The notes under the pieces are model-generated. The model had not been told where the DNA came from. It saw only the letters and a list, made by a program, of their open reading frames with translations, and ran no database searches. The translations under genes and the position numbers were made by a program. Below are positions 10,766 to 21,195 of a stretch of 64,000 nt of DNA, piece after piece. Position 1 is the first letter of the stretch. Each line of letters starts with the position of its first letter. Source of the DNA: Naegleria gruberi (Eukaryota); NCBI GenBank assembly GCA_000004985.1, contig GG738858.1. One strand, given 5' to 3'.

Positions 10766-12220
10766 TTACAAAATAGTGCAACGCTTCCTTCGTTCATTTT
10801 CCTTTTTTTCAATTGTTCTTTTCAATTCCTGAACTTCTCTTTGCAATCTAATCTTTTCCTGATCCAGAAAGTTGTAATTTCCCTCCAATTTCTTCACCTG
10901 AACTGAAAGTTGTTCAATCTTATTCTTGGCACTCTTCAACTCCTCACATTTGACATCGTAGTGGAATCGAAGCTCTTCATATTTCATTTGTGACATGCTG
11001 TGATTATCCTCCTCAATCGATAAAAGTGTCCAGGCCTGAGCACTCTTTCTTCTCTCCTCTCTCAATTTCACTTCATTCAATTCCAAAACTTGACTAGTTT
11101 TCTTCAATGAATTTGCCATATTCAACAATTTACTTTCCAAAGCAGTTGATCGTGGTGTGGCATTTGTAGGTTTCTGCGAGGTTGGTGAATTTGATCCAAG
11201 AAATTGCTTCTGCTCCTTAAATCTCGTTGCCAAATAATCTTGAAGTGAATTGAATTCTCTAGCCACCGAATGTCTCTTTAATTGTTGAGAAATTGGACTT
11301 TTTGGTTCTTCATTCGTGTTGGCATTCGATTGGTTTTGTAACAGTGAATTATTCGATCGTGAGCTAGTTAGTAATTTAGCAATTTGTTTCTTCTTATCCA
11401 TTGAAGTCCCATTCGAATCTTCTCCAATCGGTGATGAGCAATTATTAGCCACAATATATTGCAATTCTCTCCTACTTTCTCTTGCAGTATGTGGTCTCTT
11501 TGCTTTTGCAATAATACTAGCAGTAGATTTTGGTTTTGGTGTATTTACAGTTGAGGAAGTTTCAGTTGAAATATTAGAAAGTATCGTCTTTTTCGTATCC
11601 AGAGAATTGAGCTCAATATCAGAACAATCAGATAATCCACAACTCGAAACATCCTCATTTTCATTATAACTTTCAATGTGTCCTAAATTTAATTTTGGAA
11701 TTGTTGGCAATTGACCAATTCCATTATCATTCACCAATGGTTGTGTTGCTGTTGTTGATATTTGTAAATTGCAACTCATTGATGAATTCAATGAAGATAA
11801 ATCATCCAAATCCAAATTGACTGAATCTCTAAATGGTTTCTTGATTTTACTTTGTAAACTTCTTCTTCTTTCCATTTTTTTAGATCTTTCATCCATAACT
11901 GTATGTCCACGAGGTGATATATCAGAAACTACAATATTTCCTATACGATTCTTTAATGGATTTTCAGTTTCGTAATAGGGAACTGACATTTCTTCCAAAG
12001 GTGATGGTGATAAAATTGTCGATTTTGATTCTACTCGTGAATTATTTTTCTTTCCATCCATAAATGACGAATTTCTATTATTTTGATAAATTTGTTCTTC
12101 TTGTTGTTGTTTGTTATTATTCGAATTGTTTAGTTCAATAGGAATAGACGAAACTTCATCTTCATAACCATCCTCATCGACAACCGTCCTCGATGTTGTA
12201 TGATGAATAATTGATGTCAT
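10766..12220 (-). CDS. Hypothetical Ser/Asn-rich protein with a C-terminal coiled coil (real ATG at 12220; the ORF track begins at an upstream TTG)
   Basis: Long intronless ORF. The C-terminal roughly 120 aa is a strongly heptad-like coiled coil (…LKSAKNKIEQLSVQVKKLEGNYNFLDQEKIRLQREVQELKR…). The rest is low complexity. Confidence 0.4.
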   Translation of the reverse strand: MTSIIHHTTSRTVVDEDGYEDEVSSIPIELNNSNNNKQQQEEQIYQNNRNSSFMDGKKNNSRVESKSTILSPSPLEEMSVPYYETENPLKNRIGNIVVSDISPRGHTVMDERSKKMERRRSLQSKIKKPFRDSVNLDLDDLSSLNSSMSCNLQISTTATQPLVNDNGIGQLPTIPKLNLGHIESYNENEDVSSCGLSDCSDIELNSLDTKKTILSNISTETSSTVNTPKPKSTASIIAKAKRPHTARESRRELQYIVANNCSSPIGEDSNGTSMDKKKQIAKLLTSSRSNNSLLQNQSNANTNEEPKSPISQQLKRHSVAREFNSLQDYLATRFKEQKQFLGSNSPTSQKPTNATPRSTALESKLLNMANSLKKTSQVLELNEVKLREERRKSAQAWTLLSIEEDNHSMSQMKYEELRFHYDVKCEELKSAKNKIEQLSVQVKKLEGNYNFLDQEKIRLQREVQELKRTIEKKENERRKRCTIL

Positions 12221-13188
12221 AACGATGCTGTTGAGTAATAAACACAATTTTTTAGTTTGGTATTTTTCATGCTCAAAGAAAAGTGACACGAATTTTGAAT
12301 TTGGATGCAAGAAACTAAAGGAAACTAATGTTTGACGAATTATGAGGAATGGATATGGAAATACGCTAGATTTGGGTCAATGGTGTGAAGTTTGGGTTTT
12401 ACAAAGATGATGTTGAGATTATTTCTGTTGGAAGTTTCTTCTGTAAAGTTTAGAATAAAGATTTGATGTTGCAAGTTGTAAAGAATTATTAATAATAATT
12501 GATCTAATAAAAGATGAGATTCTCTGGAAATCTCTTTGAATTCTATTTGAATTCCTTTCAACTTTGATCTAGGAAAAACAATGTTAGTAGTAACAACACC
12601 ATCAAGGAGTTCTGCGGAGTTATTTCTCCTCCTCTTCTAATAAGAGTCAAAGTTCCTTGTTTATTGTGGAGTTAGTTTATTAAGGATTTATTATTCAGCA
12701 CCAGCAGCAACACTTTTGCTAGGGGAGATAACAAACTGATATATTCTTCTTCTTCTTCATCATCGTCATCATGAAAACGACTTGATGATGGTTATGGAAT
12801 ATGTAATATTGCCATTAAAGTATTTCTTCCTTAATATATTGAATTTAATTAGCATATCTTGTAATGATATTAATCCATTCATGGGAAGAATCTAGATTAT
12901 CTATATGTTTGTGTGATGATAATTTCTACTTCTTCCGCAAGATATCAACCACCAACTACCAATATTAGAGAGAAGGAACAAGCTATTATCATTAGAACCC
13001 AACTTTCTAATGGTAGCCAAATGATTCATTCACAACAACAAAATATCTAGATTCTTCCTCCAAAAGGCCACAATAATTCTTATCTTCCACTTGCTCATGA
13101 TGATGGTCCTACTAACAACCTTCCAATCGGAAAGATTTAAAGGAGTCTTTAGCAGCAACCTCTTAAAAAAATCAACATTGTAAAAAAA

Positions 13189-14123
13189 ATGAAAATTTTG
13201 GCACGCGCACTTGTTGCCCTTCTCGTTTGCACCTTGTGGGTAAGCTCGACTTTGGCTGCCTCTTCTTGTTCAATTCAAACAACCGCTGGTAAAACCATTG
13301 AACTTTCCTCCGTTGATGTCGCTGGTACTGGTTATACTGTCGCTGGTACTGATGCTAACTGGAACTTTTACTTGTAAGTTTGTCTTTGTGTGTGGATAAA
13401 AAAATTAATAATAATAATATTTAATTGTGATGATGGCCATTATTTTGATAATTGTACACAAATAATAATATGATTGATGCGGATCTTTAATTTACGATGA
13501 TCTTCTTGTTTAGCAATATTTGTGGAGCTGTTACCAACCCAAGTACTGCTGTTTGTACTGTTGATGCTCAAGCATACCAATATGCCAAGCAATACAATCT
13601 CTGCTACCCAATAGGTCAAAAGGGTGTTCCAAAGATCTCTTTCCTCAACCCAGCCGATGAAAATGCTGGTGTTAAAGTTGTTCACGCTGGTATTCCTGCC
13701 ACTGATGGTGTTACCAGACAATTGGCTGTTTCCTTGACTTGTGACACTACTGCTGCTGATCGTCCAACTCTTACTTTCACTGGTGAAAGCAAGGAAGGTG
13801 GTATTATCACTTACGGATTCAGTGGTAAGACTAAGACTGCTTGTCCAGGTGCTGCTCCAGCTCCAACTCCAGAAGATGATTTGCCATTGGGTTGGTATGG
13901 TTTTGGTGGTCTCATCATGACTTTGGCTCTTGTTGCTTTCATTCTTTACTTCATCATTGGATTCCTTGTTTTGAAGTTCAAGATGCAAAAGACTGGTACT
14001 GAAGCTATTCCACAATTCGCCTTCTGGAAGGATTTGCCTTTCCTCTTCATTGATGGTGTTATGTTGCCAGTTGACCTCATCAAGGGTGCTATGGGTAAGA
14101 AGAATTACCAAGAAATGGCCTAA
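13189..14123 (+). CDS. Mannose-6-phosphate-receptor-homology (MRH) domain type I membrane protein. Exons 13189..13373 and 13514..14123.
   Basis: It has an N-terminal signal peptide (MKILARALVALLVCTLWVSSTLA). The MRH-like motif is SCSIQ…YTVAGTDANWNFYF|NICGAV (YxYxFxxCG pattern) with conserved Cys spacing. It has a single C-terminal TM helix (GLIMTLALVAFILYFIIGFLVL) and a short cytosolic tail. The intron has a gtaagt donor and tttag acceptor and keeps the frame. Confidence 0.55.
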
Positions 14124-14275
14124 ATGAGTTTTTGCAACAATCTAGTAAGAAATTAAATTATTATTTATTCAACACAAAGTTCTTTCTTGTGGTCCTTAAG
14201 AAGGATGTATGACGATAGGTGAAAAATATATATTTTATTGTTCATATGTTAGATTTTGAGTGTATAATACAAGAA

Positions 14276-14348
14276 GCCGACATAGCTCAGTTGGGAGAGC
14301 GTAAGACTGAAGATCTTAAGGTCCCTGGTTCGATCCCTGGTGTCGGCA
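14276..14348 (+). tRNA. tRNA-Phe (anticodon GAA)
   Basis: 73-nt cloverleaf. Acceptor stem GCCGACA/TGTCGGC. D arm GCTC-AGTTGGGA-GAGC. Anticodon stem TAAGA/TCTTA with loop CTGAAGA, giving GAA. T arm CCTGG-TTCGATC-CCTGG with one U51·U63 mismatch. Discriminator A, then a T-run (tttt at 14352..14355) as Pol III terminator. Confidence 0.85.
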
Positions 14349-14765
14349 AATTTTATGTTTTGTTCCATTCATCTATGTTATTGCATAACCAAAGTACTGA
14401 CTGAAACCATTACTCGTTGATGAGGATGTTGTAGGATTATTAGCACTGGTATAATTACTAGTTGTAAAGGTTGCACACTTATTAGAAACTTTGTGGGAAT
14501 TCGAAATCAAATTCGTTCAAAAAACTGTCATTGGCTCTCTGCACAACCACTTGTCCTAACTAGCAACACAAAATCTGTTCGTACCTCCTCCAATTCAAAT
14601 TCAGATCCTTGAACTTGAGAATCGTATTTCATTCCTTTAAATCTTAATATTTTCTGTACATAATTTCAAATTCCCTTCCATTTAGAAACTGTCTCCATGT
14701 CCGCTTACTATTTTCGATTGCATTTCATAGTTTGAATTTTGAATGGAAAACAACAATTATTAAAA

Positions 14766-16470
14766 ATGCAACAAGTAAACAGTTCAATTTCCATGAATTC
14801 TAATCATGAGAATTATGATGCTGATTCATCTTTAGTTGAGATTAATGAAAAAAGTCAAAAATCAATTTCTATTTTTGGCGGATGGAGGGATTGGAAAATT
14901 ATCAGGTTTTTCAGAGGGAATCAGGATGGCCCGAAATTGTATATGGTCAGATGGGTCATCTTGTTGATATTTACATTGGCAATGTTTAGCAGTGTGTTGG
15001 CACAATCAACATTTTCTGCTGTTGGGTAGGTTTCTAATAATTGGCAACATTGAGCTAAATATTATTCAACATGCATGATGTTTCAATGCATTTACATGTG
15101 TGCATGAATGAAAATGCTTGAAAAACAGTACAATTATCATGCAGTATTATAACATTCCTCATCAGAATTGGAAAGTTAATATGATGAGTATGATATTTCT
15201 TATTGTGCAACTTCCTACTTCATGGGGAGTTAGTTTTGTAATGAAAAGATATGGACTGAGATGGTGTATGATCATATTTGGTGTCTTGACATTTATTGGA
15301 ATGTGGATTCGTTGTTTTGGATATAAGAAAGGAAGCGAAACTTATCTGTGGATTGCATTTTGTGGACAAACCTTAATTGCCATTGGACAACCTTTCGTCC
15401 ACAGTATTTCTGGTCTATTGAGTGTAAACTGGTTTGGCGATAAGGAAAGAACCCTCGTTCAAGTAGTAACTCTCCTAATGGGACTTATCGGAGGCGGAGT
15501 TTCATTTGCAATCGGACCTAGCTTAATTACAATGGGACAAACTGCAATGCGAGGCTCTGAAATCGGAATGATCATTTATTTAGTCCTCCAAGCTGTGATT
15601 GCAAGTGCATGTCTTGTATTAATTGTAATTTTCGTTAAGGATAAGCCACCAACTCCACCAGTGATAATTAAGGAAAATCAAACAATTGATTCTACTGAAG
15701 AAAAAGATGAAGAACCAACAGAAGGAACCAATCTGACCATTAATTCAGAAAGTAATGAAGGACAATTCAATGCCATTGAAAGTGGGCATCATGGGGAAAA
15801 GCCATTTTCAAATAGCAATGCAAAGGATATCTATCCACAACAAACCATTTGGCAAGGTGCTAAAAAATTACTGACTTCACCTCATTTCATCATGTTGACC
15901 ATTGGATCATCGTGTCTCAATTCAGTCTTTCAAACTTTGGCTATTCTTGAACAATTGATCACACCGAAAGGATATACTACTTTCGATAATGCAAATATCG
16001 GTCTTGTTCATTTAGTTTTCGTCTTGATTGGATGTTTCGGATTGAGTATTCTATTTGACAAGACCAAAAGGTTTAAATTGATTTCATGCATAAGCAGTTT
16101 CACAGCATGTATTGGATTTGCTTGTTTTTCAGTTATCATGCAATGGGAAAAGACTGATTTCACACTGGCTATGGTTTACCTGTCATTTGTCGTGATTGGA
16201 GTTTCGGCCATTCCAAGTTTACCTTTAATTTCTCAAATGCTTGTTTATTCTACGTATCCTGTCCACCCAGCAACTTCCTTAGTAATTTCCAGTGCAATTG
16301 GTACCATTTGGAGTGTTATCTTTCTCGTGATTGTAAACGTCTTACAGAGCGAGGTCACAAATTCATCAAATATCATTTTATGGATGGATTTGTCATTGTT
16401 AATCATTGGATTCGTAATGGTTTTATTATTCAGAGGAAAATTCGATAATGTTCTCGTTAATAAAAAGTGA
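14766..16470 (+). CDS. Major facilitator superfamily transporter (FLVCR/MFSD7-like). Exons 14766..15025 and 15129..16470.
   Basis: About 12 predicted TM helices. The N-terminal cytosolic tail, then RWVILLIFTLAMF (TM1), an intron (gtaggt donor, acag acceptor, frame kept), then GQPFVHSISGLLSVNWFGDKERT, which resembles the FLVCR family loop. Confidence 0.6.
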
Positions 16471-16555
16471 GAGTTTACAACAAGTATTCGTTAAAAAAGT
16501 TCCAAATTGTTCGTTGTAAAGTCTCAAGATGAGCACAAATTTTTAATCAAAAAAA

Positions 16556-17692
16556 ATGGGACAATCACAACCGAGCTACCCGCCACCACTTGCAACAAAA
16601 TGTTCCGAAAATGAAAGATTGGCTGTGATGCAAAAATTGGGAAATTTTGAGATGGCTCCAATTATGGAATTTAAATACTATTTTAATAGGAAATACAAGA
16701 ATAATTATCAACATTCGGATGAGAGTTTAGTTTTCAATGATGAGAATTGTTCGATATTTGAGAGGGAATTACCTGAAGAAGTGTTTATTCACATTTTGAA
16801 ATTTTTAAATCATCGAGAATTAATCAAAATGAGAAGAGTTTGTACAAACTATGAAAGTTATTGGATTCAAAATTCGAAAGTGTGGAATGTAAGATCGTTC
16901 GAAACTGAAAAGGATGAACCAAACATGTTGTTCAAACCAGTTTTGAATTCGCCCATTGAATCCATCTCTTTTTATTACAAACACTTTCTTCCAACCATTG
17001 TAAATTCATTTTACAGAGGCAACACAATTTCATATAGAGAAAGAATCAAAACTATTCTTTTAGGAAGTGAACGATGTGGAAAATCTGAATTAATGAAATT
17101 GGTTATTAACAATTATCAAGATTTTAATCCATTACTGGAATACTCTCCAACTGATGCCCATCTTTACACACCATTAGAAATTATTCCATTCAAGACCTCT
17201 TCTGAAAGAGGAGATTTGTTATTACAATTTTGGGATAGTTCAGGTAAAGAAAAGAGAATTCCCTTTCTCAAACCATTATTAAGGGAGACGAGAATTTATA
17301 CATTTTGTTTTGATTTGAGCGATGTGAAATCTTTCTTTGAAATGAAAAGTAGAATTGAAACTTTTCAAGTGGAATATTTAAATTCTAATTCATTGAATGA
17401 GGAATTAAAAGAAAGTGGAGCTTGCATGTTGGTGATTGGAATGAAGAGAGATTTGGAGAGGAAAGTGAGTAAACTTGAAATTACTAAATATTTGGAAGAA
17501 TTGAGCAAAGTTAAAGATGGAATCTCAATTAAGAGTTTAAGAATTCAATATTTCGAGTTGAGTAGCAAACAGGATTCAAAGAAAGTATTGGAATTTCCAT
17601 TTATTTATGGGTTGACCATGATTGAAGAGCATATTCCACCAGAAGAGACATTAGAAATGATGGCAGCACACTTTATGAAACCTGCAAAATAA
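16556..17692 (+). CDS. F-box-like domain fused to a divergent Ras/Rab-like small GTPase domain
   Basis: MGQSQPS N-terminus (myristoylation-like). The F-box-like motif is LPEEVFIHILKFLNHRELIKMRRVC. The GTPase motifs are G1 LLGSERCGKSELM, G3 FWDSSGKE (catalytic Gln replaced by Lys), G4 VIGMKRDL and G5 ELSSKQD. Confidence 0.55.
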   Translation: MGQSQPSYPPPLATKCSENERLAVMQKLGNFEMAPIMEFKYYFNRKYKNNYQHSDESLVFNDENCSIFERELPEEVFIHILKFLNHRELIKMRRVCTNYESYWIQNSKVWNVRSFETEKDEPNMLFKPVLNSPIESISFYYKHFLPTIVNSFYRGNTISYRERIKTILLGSERCGKSELMKLVINNYQDFNPLLEYSPTDAHLYTPLEIIPFKTSSERGDLLLQFWDSSGKEKRIPFLKPLLRETRIYTFCFDLSDVKSFFEMKSRIETFQVEYLNSNSLNEELKESGACMLVIGMKRDLERKVSKLEITKYLEELSKVKDGISIKSLRIQYFELSSKQDSKKVLEFPFIYGLTMIEEHIPPEETLEMMAAHFMKPAK

Positions 17693-17758
17693 TACTGTTG
17701 TAAATAAACTAACTTTTCACTTTCGAATAAAACAGATTGATGAAACTTGTCAAAAAAA

Positions 17759-19009
17759 ATGAATCCACATCAAAAACCGTCTACACTATCACCTCATAAT
17801 CAAGGAATACTTGTTGATGATATATTTTCCAATGACATTTGTTTTGAAATTTTATCATTTCTTGATTCTTGGTCAATTTTAAATTGTTCTTTAATTTCAA
17901 AACAATTTCGTCAAGTAATCAAGGAGGGAATAAAACTTTCTATTAATTTCCGACAAGAAGTTAACAGTGGAGGATTAGAAAAGCTTGGAAATAGTTCATT
18001 TATCGATAATATAATTTCATTGAAATTTGGAATAATTCCAAATCAATATAAGAAATTCTTTGATTGTTTGAGATTGATGCATCAATTGACCGATCTTTCA
18101 TTATCTAATTTTATATTTGCTACATATGCTGGTAAAAACAGTGAAATTACTGTTGAGCTAGCCAAATGCATCTGTCAATTGAAAAATTTAAAAAAACTTG
18201 ACGTTAGTTATAATTATCATCTTGAGAATGAAGTTGTTGAATTGATAAGTGAATTGAGAGAATTGAGAGAACTTAACATTAGATACTGTGATATTGGAGT
18301 AGAAGAGGTAAAATATCTCACTAAATTGGATAAATTGCATTCTCTGGATATTGGTATTAATCAAATATATGCAGACGGAGCTAAATTATTAAGTACAATG
18401 AAAAGTTTAACAAAGCTTGATGTGGCTGAGTGCGAAATTGGTGATGAGGGATGCCAGTCAATTACAGAGCTTTATCAATTGACTGATCTCAATATAAATG
18501 GTGATGGTATTGGTGTTGGGGGAGCTAACTGTATTGGTCAGATGAGGAATTTAAAAAGTCTCGATATTAGCAATAATTTCTTTGGAAATTATGGAGCAAA
18601 ATCAATAAGTGAGCTATCTCAATTAGAAATTCTTAATGTTTCATATAGTGACATTGATGAAGTGGGAGTTTATCAGTTACGCAAATTGAAAAATTTAACA
18701 TCTCTTTCCATTCATCATAATGAGATAACTGATGAAGGAACTAAATATATAGTAGAATTGGACCAATTAACTCATCTAGATATTAGCAACAATCAAATTG
18801 AAACAGAAGGAGCAAAATCTATTAGTGAAATGAGTCAATTAACCTCATTGAATATTAGTTCTAATATTATAGGTGACGAGGGAGCTCAATATATCAGTCA
18901 TTTAAAAAAACTAACATCACTAAATGTTAGCAAATGTAGAGTGAGTGAAGAAGGAGTTGAATCTATCAGAAAACAATTGAAACACTTGAAAACGCTTGAG
19001 GTAGAATAA
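17759..19009 (+). CDS. F-box / ribonuclease-inhibitor-type leucine-rich-repeat protein
   Basis: The N-terminal F-box-like motif is DICFEILSFLDSWSILNCSLISKQFRQVI. It is followed by at least 10 RI-like LRRs, for example LTSLDISNNQIETEGAKSISEMSQLTSLNISSNIIGDEGAQYISHLKKL. The real ATG is at 17759; the ORF track starts at TTG 17747. Confidence 0.6.
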   Translation: MNPHQKPSTLSPHNQGILVDDIFSNDICFEILSFLDSWSILNCSLISKQFRQVIKEGIKLSINFRQEVNSGGLEKLGNSSFIDNIISLKFGIIPNQYKKFFDCLRLMHQLTDLSLSNFIFATYAGKNSEITVELAKCICQLKNLKKLDVSYNYHLENEVVELISELRELRELNIRYCDIGVEEVKYLTKLDKLHSLDIGINQIYADGAKLLSTMKSLTKLDVAECEIGDEGCQSITELYQLTDLNINGDGIGVGGANCIGQMRNLKSLDISNNFFGNYGAKSISELSQLEILNVSYSDIDEVGVYQLRKLKNLTSLSIHHNEITDEGTKYIVELDQLTHLDISNNQIETEGAKSISEMSQLTSLNISSNIIGDEGAQYISHLKKLTSLNVSKCRVSEEGVESIRKQLKHLKTLEVE

Positions 19010-19514
19010 ACTCTACAATTTCTTTTCATGATTATTCTCTTGTTGCTTTTGACCTTTATTCTCATTAAGATTGAACATAATTCCTTGGCAACTTCTAAAA
19101 AACCAAATAAAAGACTACAGCACCACAGGTTCCCAAGTTGTCTCCAACCTCAGTACTGATGTGGCTCGACGATGCTTAACTTCTCAAATCGGACGGGATG
19201 AGGTGCACTCATCGTGATATGGCCGTAGCCATCAATTTACTTAATTTCTGGAATATTAATCATTTCAACCTTACCTTACTGGCTTCTATCACTTTACATC
19301 TCAAACAAAAGTGAAAGCTCATGTACAACATTGATCTTTGCTCCTATGAAAATTAAATGTTTGGGTGTGAGCTTCAAAATATGAAAGTTACATTTACCAA
19401 AAATATAAATAGATAGCAAGTGAGCTAGAGTGAATGAAATTGTCTCTTGTTCAATCAAAAAAAAAGAAACCTACTGCAATGAATACTCTAGCTATTATGA
19501 TTATTGATTTATTG

Positions 19515-19565
19515 AGCCCTCTTGAAATATTCCATTTCAATCAATGTGAATAGTCCAAGAGGGCT
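19515..19565. repeat. 10-bp perfect inverted repeat (agccctcttg … caagagggct) around a 31-nt loop. A potential hairpin in the 3'UTR/intergenic region.
   Basis: Read directly from the sequence, downstream of the LRR gene stop (19009) and upstream of the NHL gene start (19868). Confidence 0.3.
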
Positions 19566-19867
19566 GACAATTATTCCACTCACTCTCAAGTATTTGCAGA
19601 ATTGTAAATCCACACAGCACACACCTAATTTATAAAGAACAATACCACAATTAATATGTATGATATTAGATTGAATCAATTAAGTTTTCAATAAATCTCT
19701 TATTGTGCATCAAACATATAAATTTAATTTCTATTGGAAGTGAATCAAAACTTCATAGGTCTAACATTGTTTCTTCTTTTTAAATGCAATCATGTGTTCA
19801 ATTCCTGGCGCCAAACTGCAAATTTTTAAATGAGTGAACTTGATCTATTATTAAAACATTTTAAAAA

Positions 19868-20794
19868 ATGCAACAAGCAAAGAAGAGCCATTTTCAATAC
19901 ATTTCAACGATAGCACACTCGGGATTCATCACTGATGTAAAGATATGCTTGAAACATAATTTATTATTATTAGTTAATTATTCAAGTGGTACGGTGATGG
20001 TACACAACTTGACCACTAGAGAGAAAATGTTTGATGTTAATGTAGGAGGATATTGTTATTATGTAGCCTTGGATTATACTGATCCGGATTGTACATTACC
20101 CTGTATTATATCAACTTCTGATTCTTATGGAGATTGCGGTTTGAGAAAACATTCACTTGATACAAAACAATTGATTTGGAAAGGTCCGTGTACGTTATCT
20201 AGTGCTAGAGGATTGTATGTTGATCAGGAAAAGAAACAAGTATATGTTACTGAGAGAGATAGCGGATTATTGAGAGTTTTTTCATGTGTGGATGGCTCTC
20301 TTGTAACACAATTTAAAGTTGGAGCTGTTACTGATGTCACAATGTCTTTGGGAACTCTTGTTGTTTGTGACAAAGACGCAGGATGTATTAAATTCCTCTC
20401 ACCAACTGATGGATCACTAATTAGAAAGATTGGAGAGAACGGTGAATCGATTGGAAAACTCAATTATCCTAGAGGAGTGATTGTAGATCCAATTACAAGA
20501 AATTTAATTGTTTCAGATTCTGATAATCATAGAATTCAGATATTCACTTGGAATGGAGAATATTTAGAAAGCGTTGGTAAGAAAGGAAGTGGTGAGGCAG
20601 AACTTAACACTCCATTTGGTATCGTTTTGAATAGTATAACAGGTGAATTGTTTGTTTCGGATTGTTACAATTACAGAGTTATTGTATTCAAATATGATAG
20701 TCTCATTTCTGGAAAATCAGAAGTTAGATTCAAGAATATGCTTTCTAAATCCTTGCACGAAAGTCTTTTGTCTGACATTGAGTTTTCACTTTAA
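19868..20794 (+). CDS. NHL-repeat beta-propeller protein
   Basis: Repeated NHL motifs are present: NHRIQIFTWNGEYLESVGKKGSGEAELNTPFGIVLNSITGELFVSDCYNYRVIVF and CDKDAGCIKFLSPTDGSLIRKIGENGESIGKLNYPRGVIVD. Confidence 0.6.
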   Translation: MQQAKKSHFQYISTIAHSGFITDVKICLKHNLLLLVNYSSGTVMVHNLTTREKMFDVNVGGYCYYVALDYTDPDCTLPCIISTSDSYGDCGLRKHSLDTKQLIWKGPCTLSSARGLYVDQEKKQVYVTERDSGLLRVFSCVDGSLVTQFKVGAVTDVTMSLGTLVVCDKDAGCIKFLSPTDGSLIRKIGENGESIGKLNYPRGVIVDPITRNLIVSDSDNHRIQIFTWNGEYLESVGKKGSGEAELNTPFGIVLNSITGELFVSDCYNYRVIVFKYDSLISGKSEVRFKNMLSKSLHESLLSDIEFSL

Positions 20795-21195
20795 GGGTTT
20801 CTGTATTAAATTCATGTTTGAATTGTACCAGTAAATAAAATTATTAATTAAAGTTAATTTAAAATTTAAATTCAAAGATATTTTATAAAATAAATTATCT
20901 TGTTATTAAATCAATGTACGGTTTTCTTAGTCTTGATGAAAGGTTCCACGAAAGAAAACTGGCTCAGAAATCAATTAAGTCCATCAAGGAATAGAACATG
21001 TTCAATAGGTAAGAGCTAATCAATATTACAAAGGCTGTTATCACAAGAAATTAGTTCAATCATCACAGAATCACCACTCTCGCTAGATAGATTCACCATT
21101 CTTTTTGCCAAGACTGTGGATATTGTTATTAAGGCCATTGAATTTAAAAAAAATTACAATTTTTTGACAAACAATAATTTATTAAGATATATGGG

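Noticed and set aside
14219-14404. 61-aa ORF overlapping the tRNA-Phe gene
   Set aside because: It lies over a perfectly folded tRNA, and the 'protein' is just the tRNA read in one frame.
15118-15129. ORF-track start codons (15118, 17747, 50369, 53215, 56629, 12310, 1234, 53248 and others)
   Set aside because: These ORFs begin at TTG/GTG alternative starts in the six-frame track. The real eukaryotic starts were reassigned to the nearest in-frame ATG or to upstream exons, as noted per feature.
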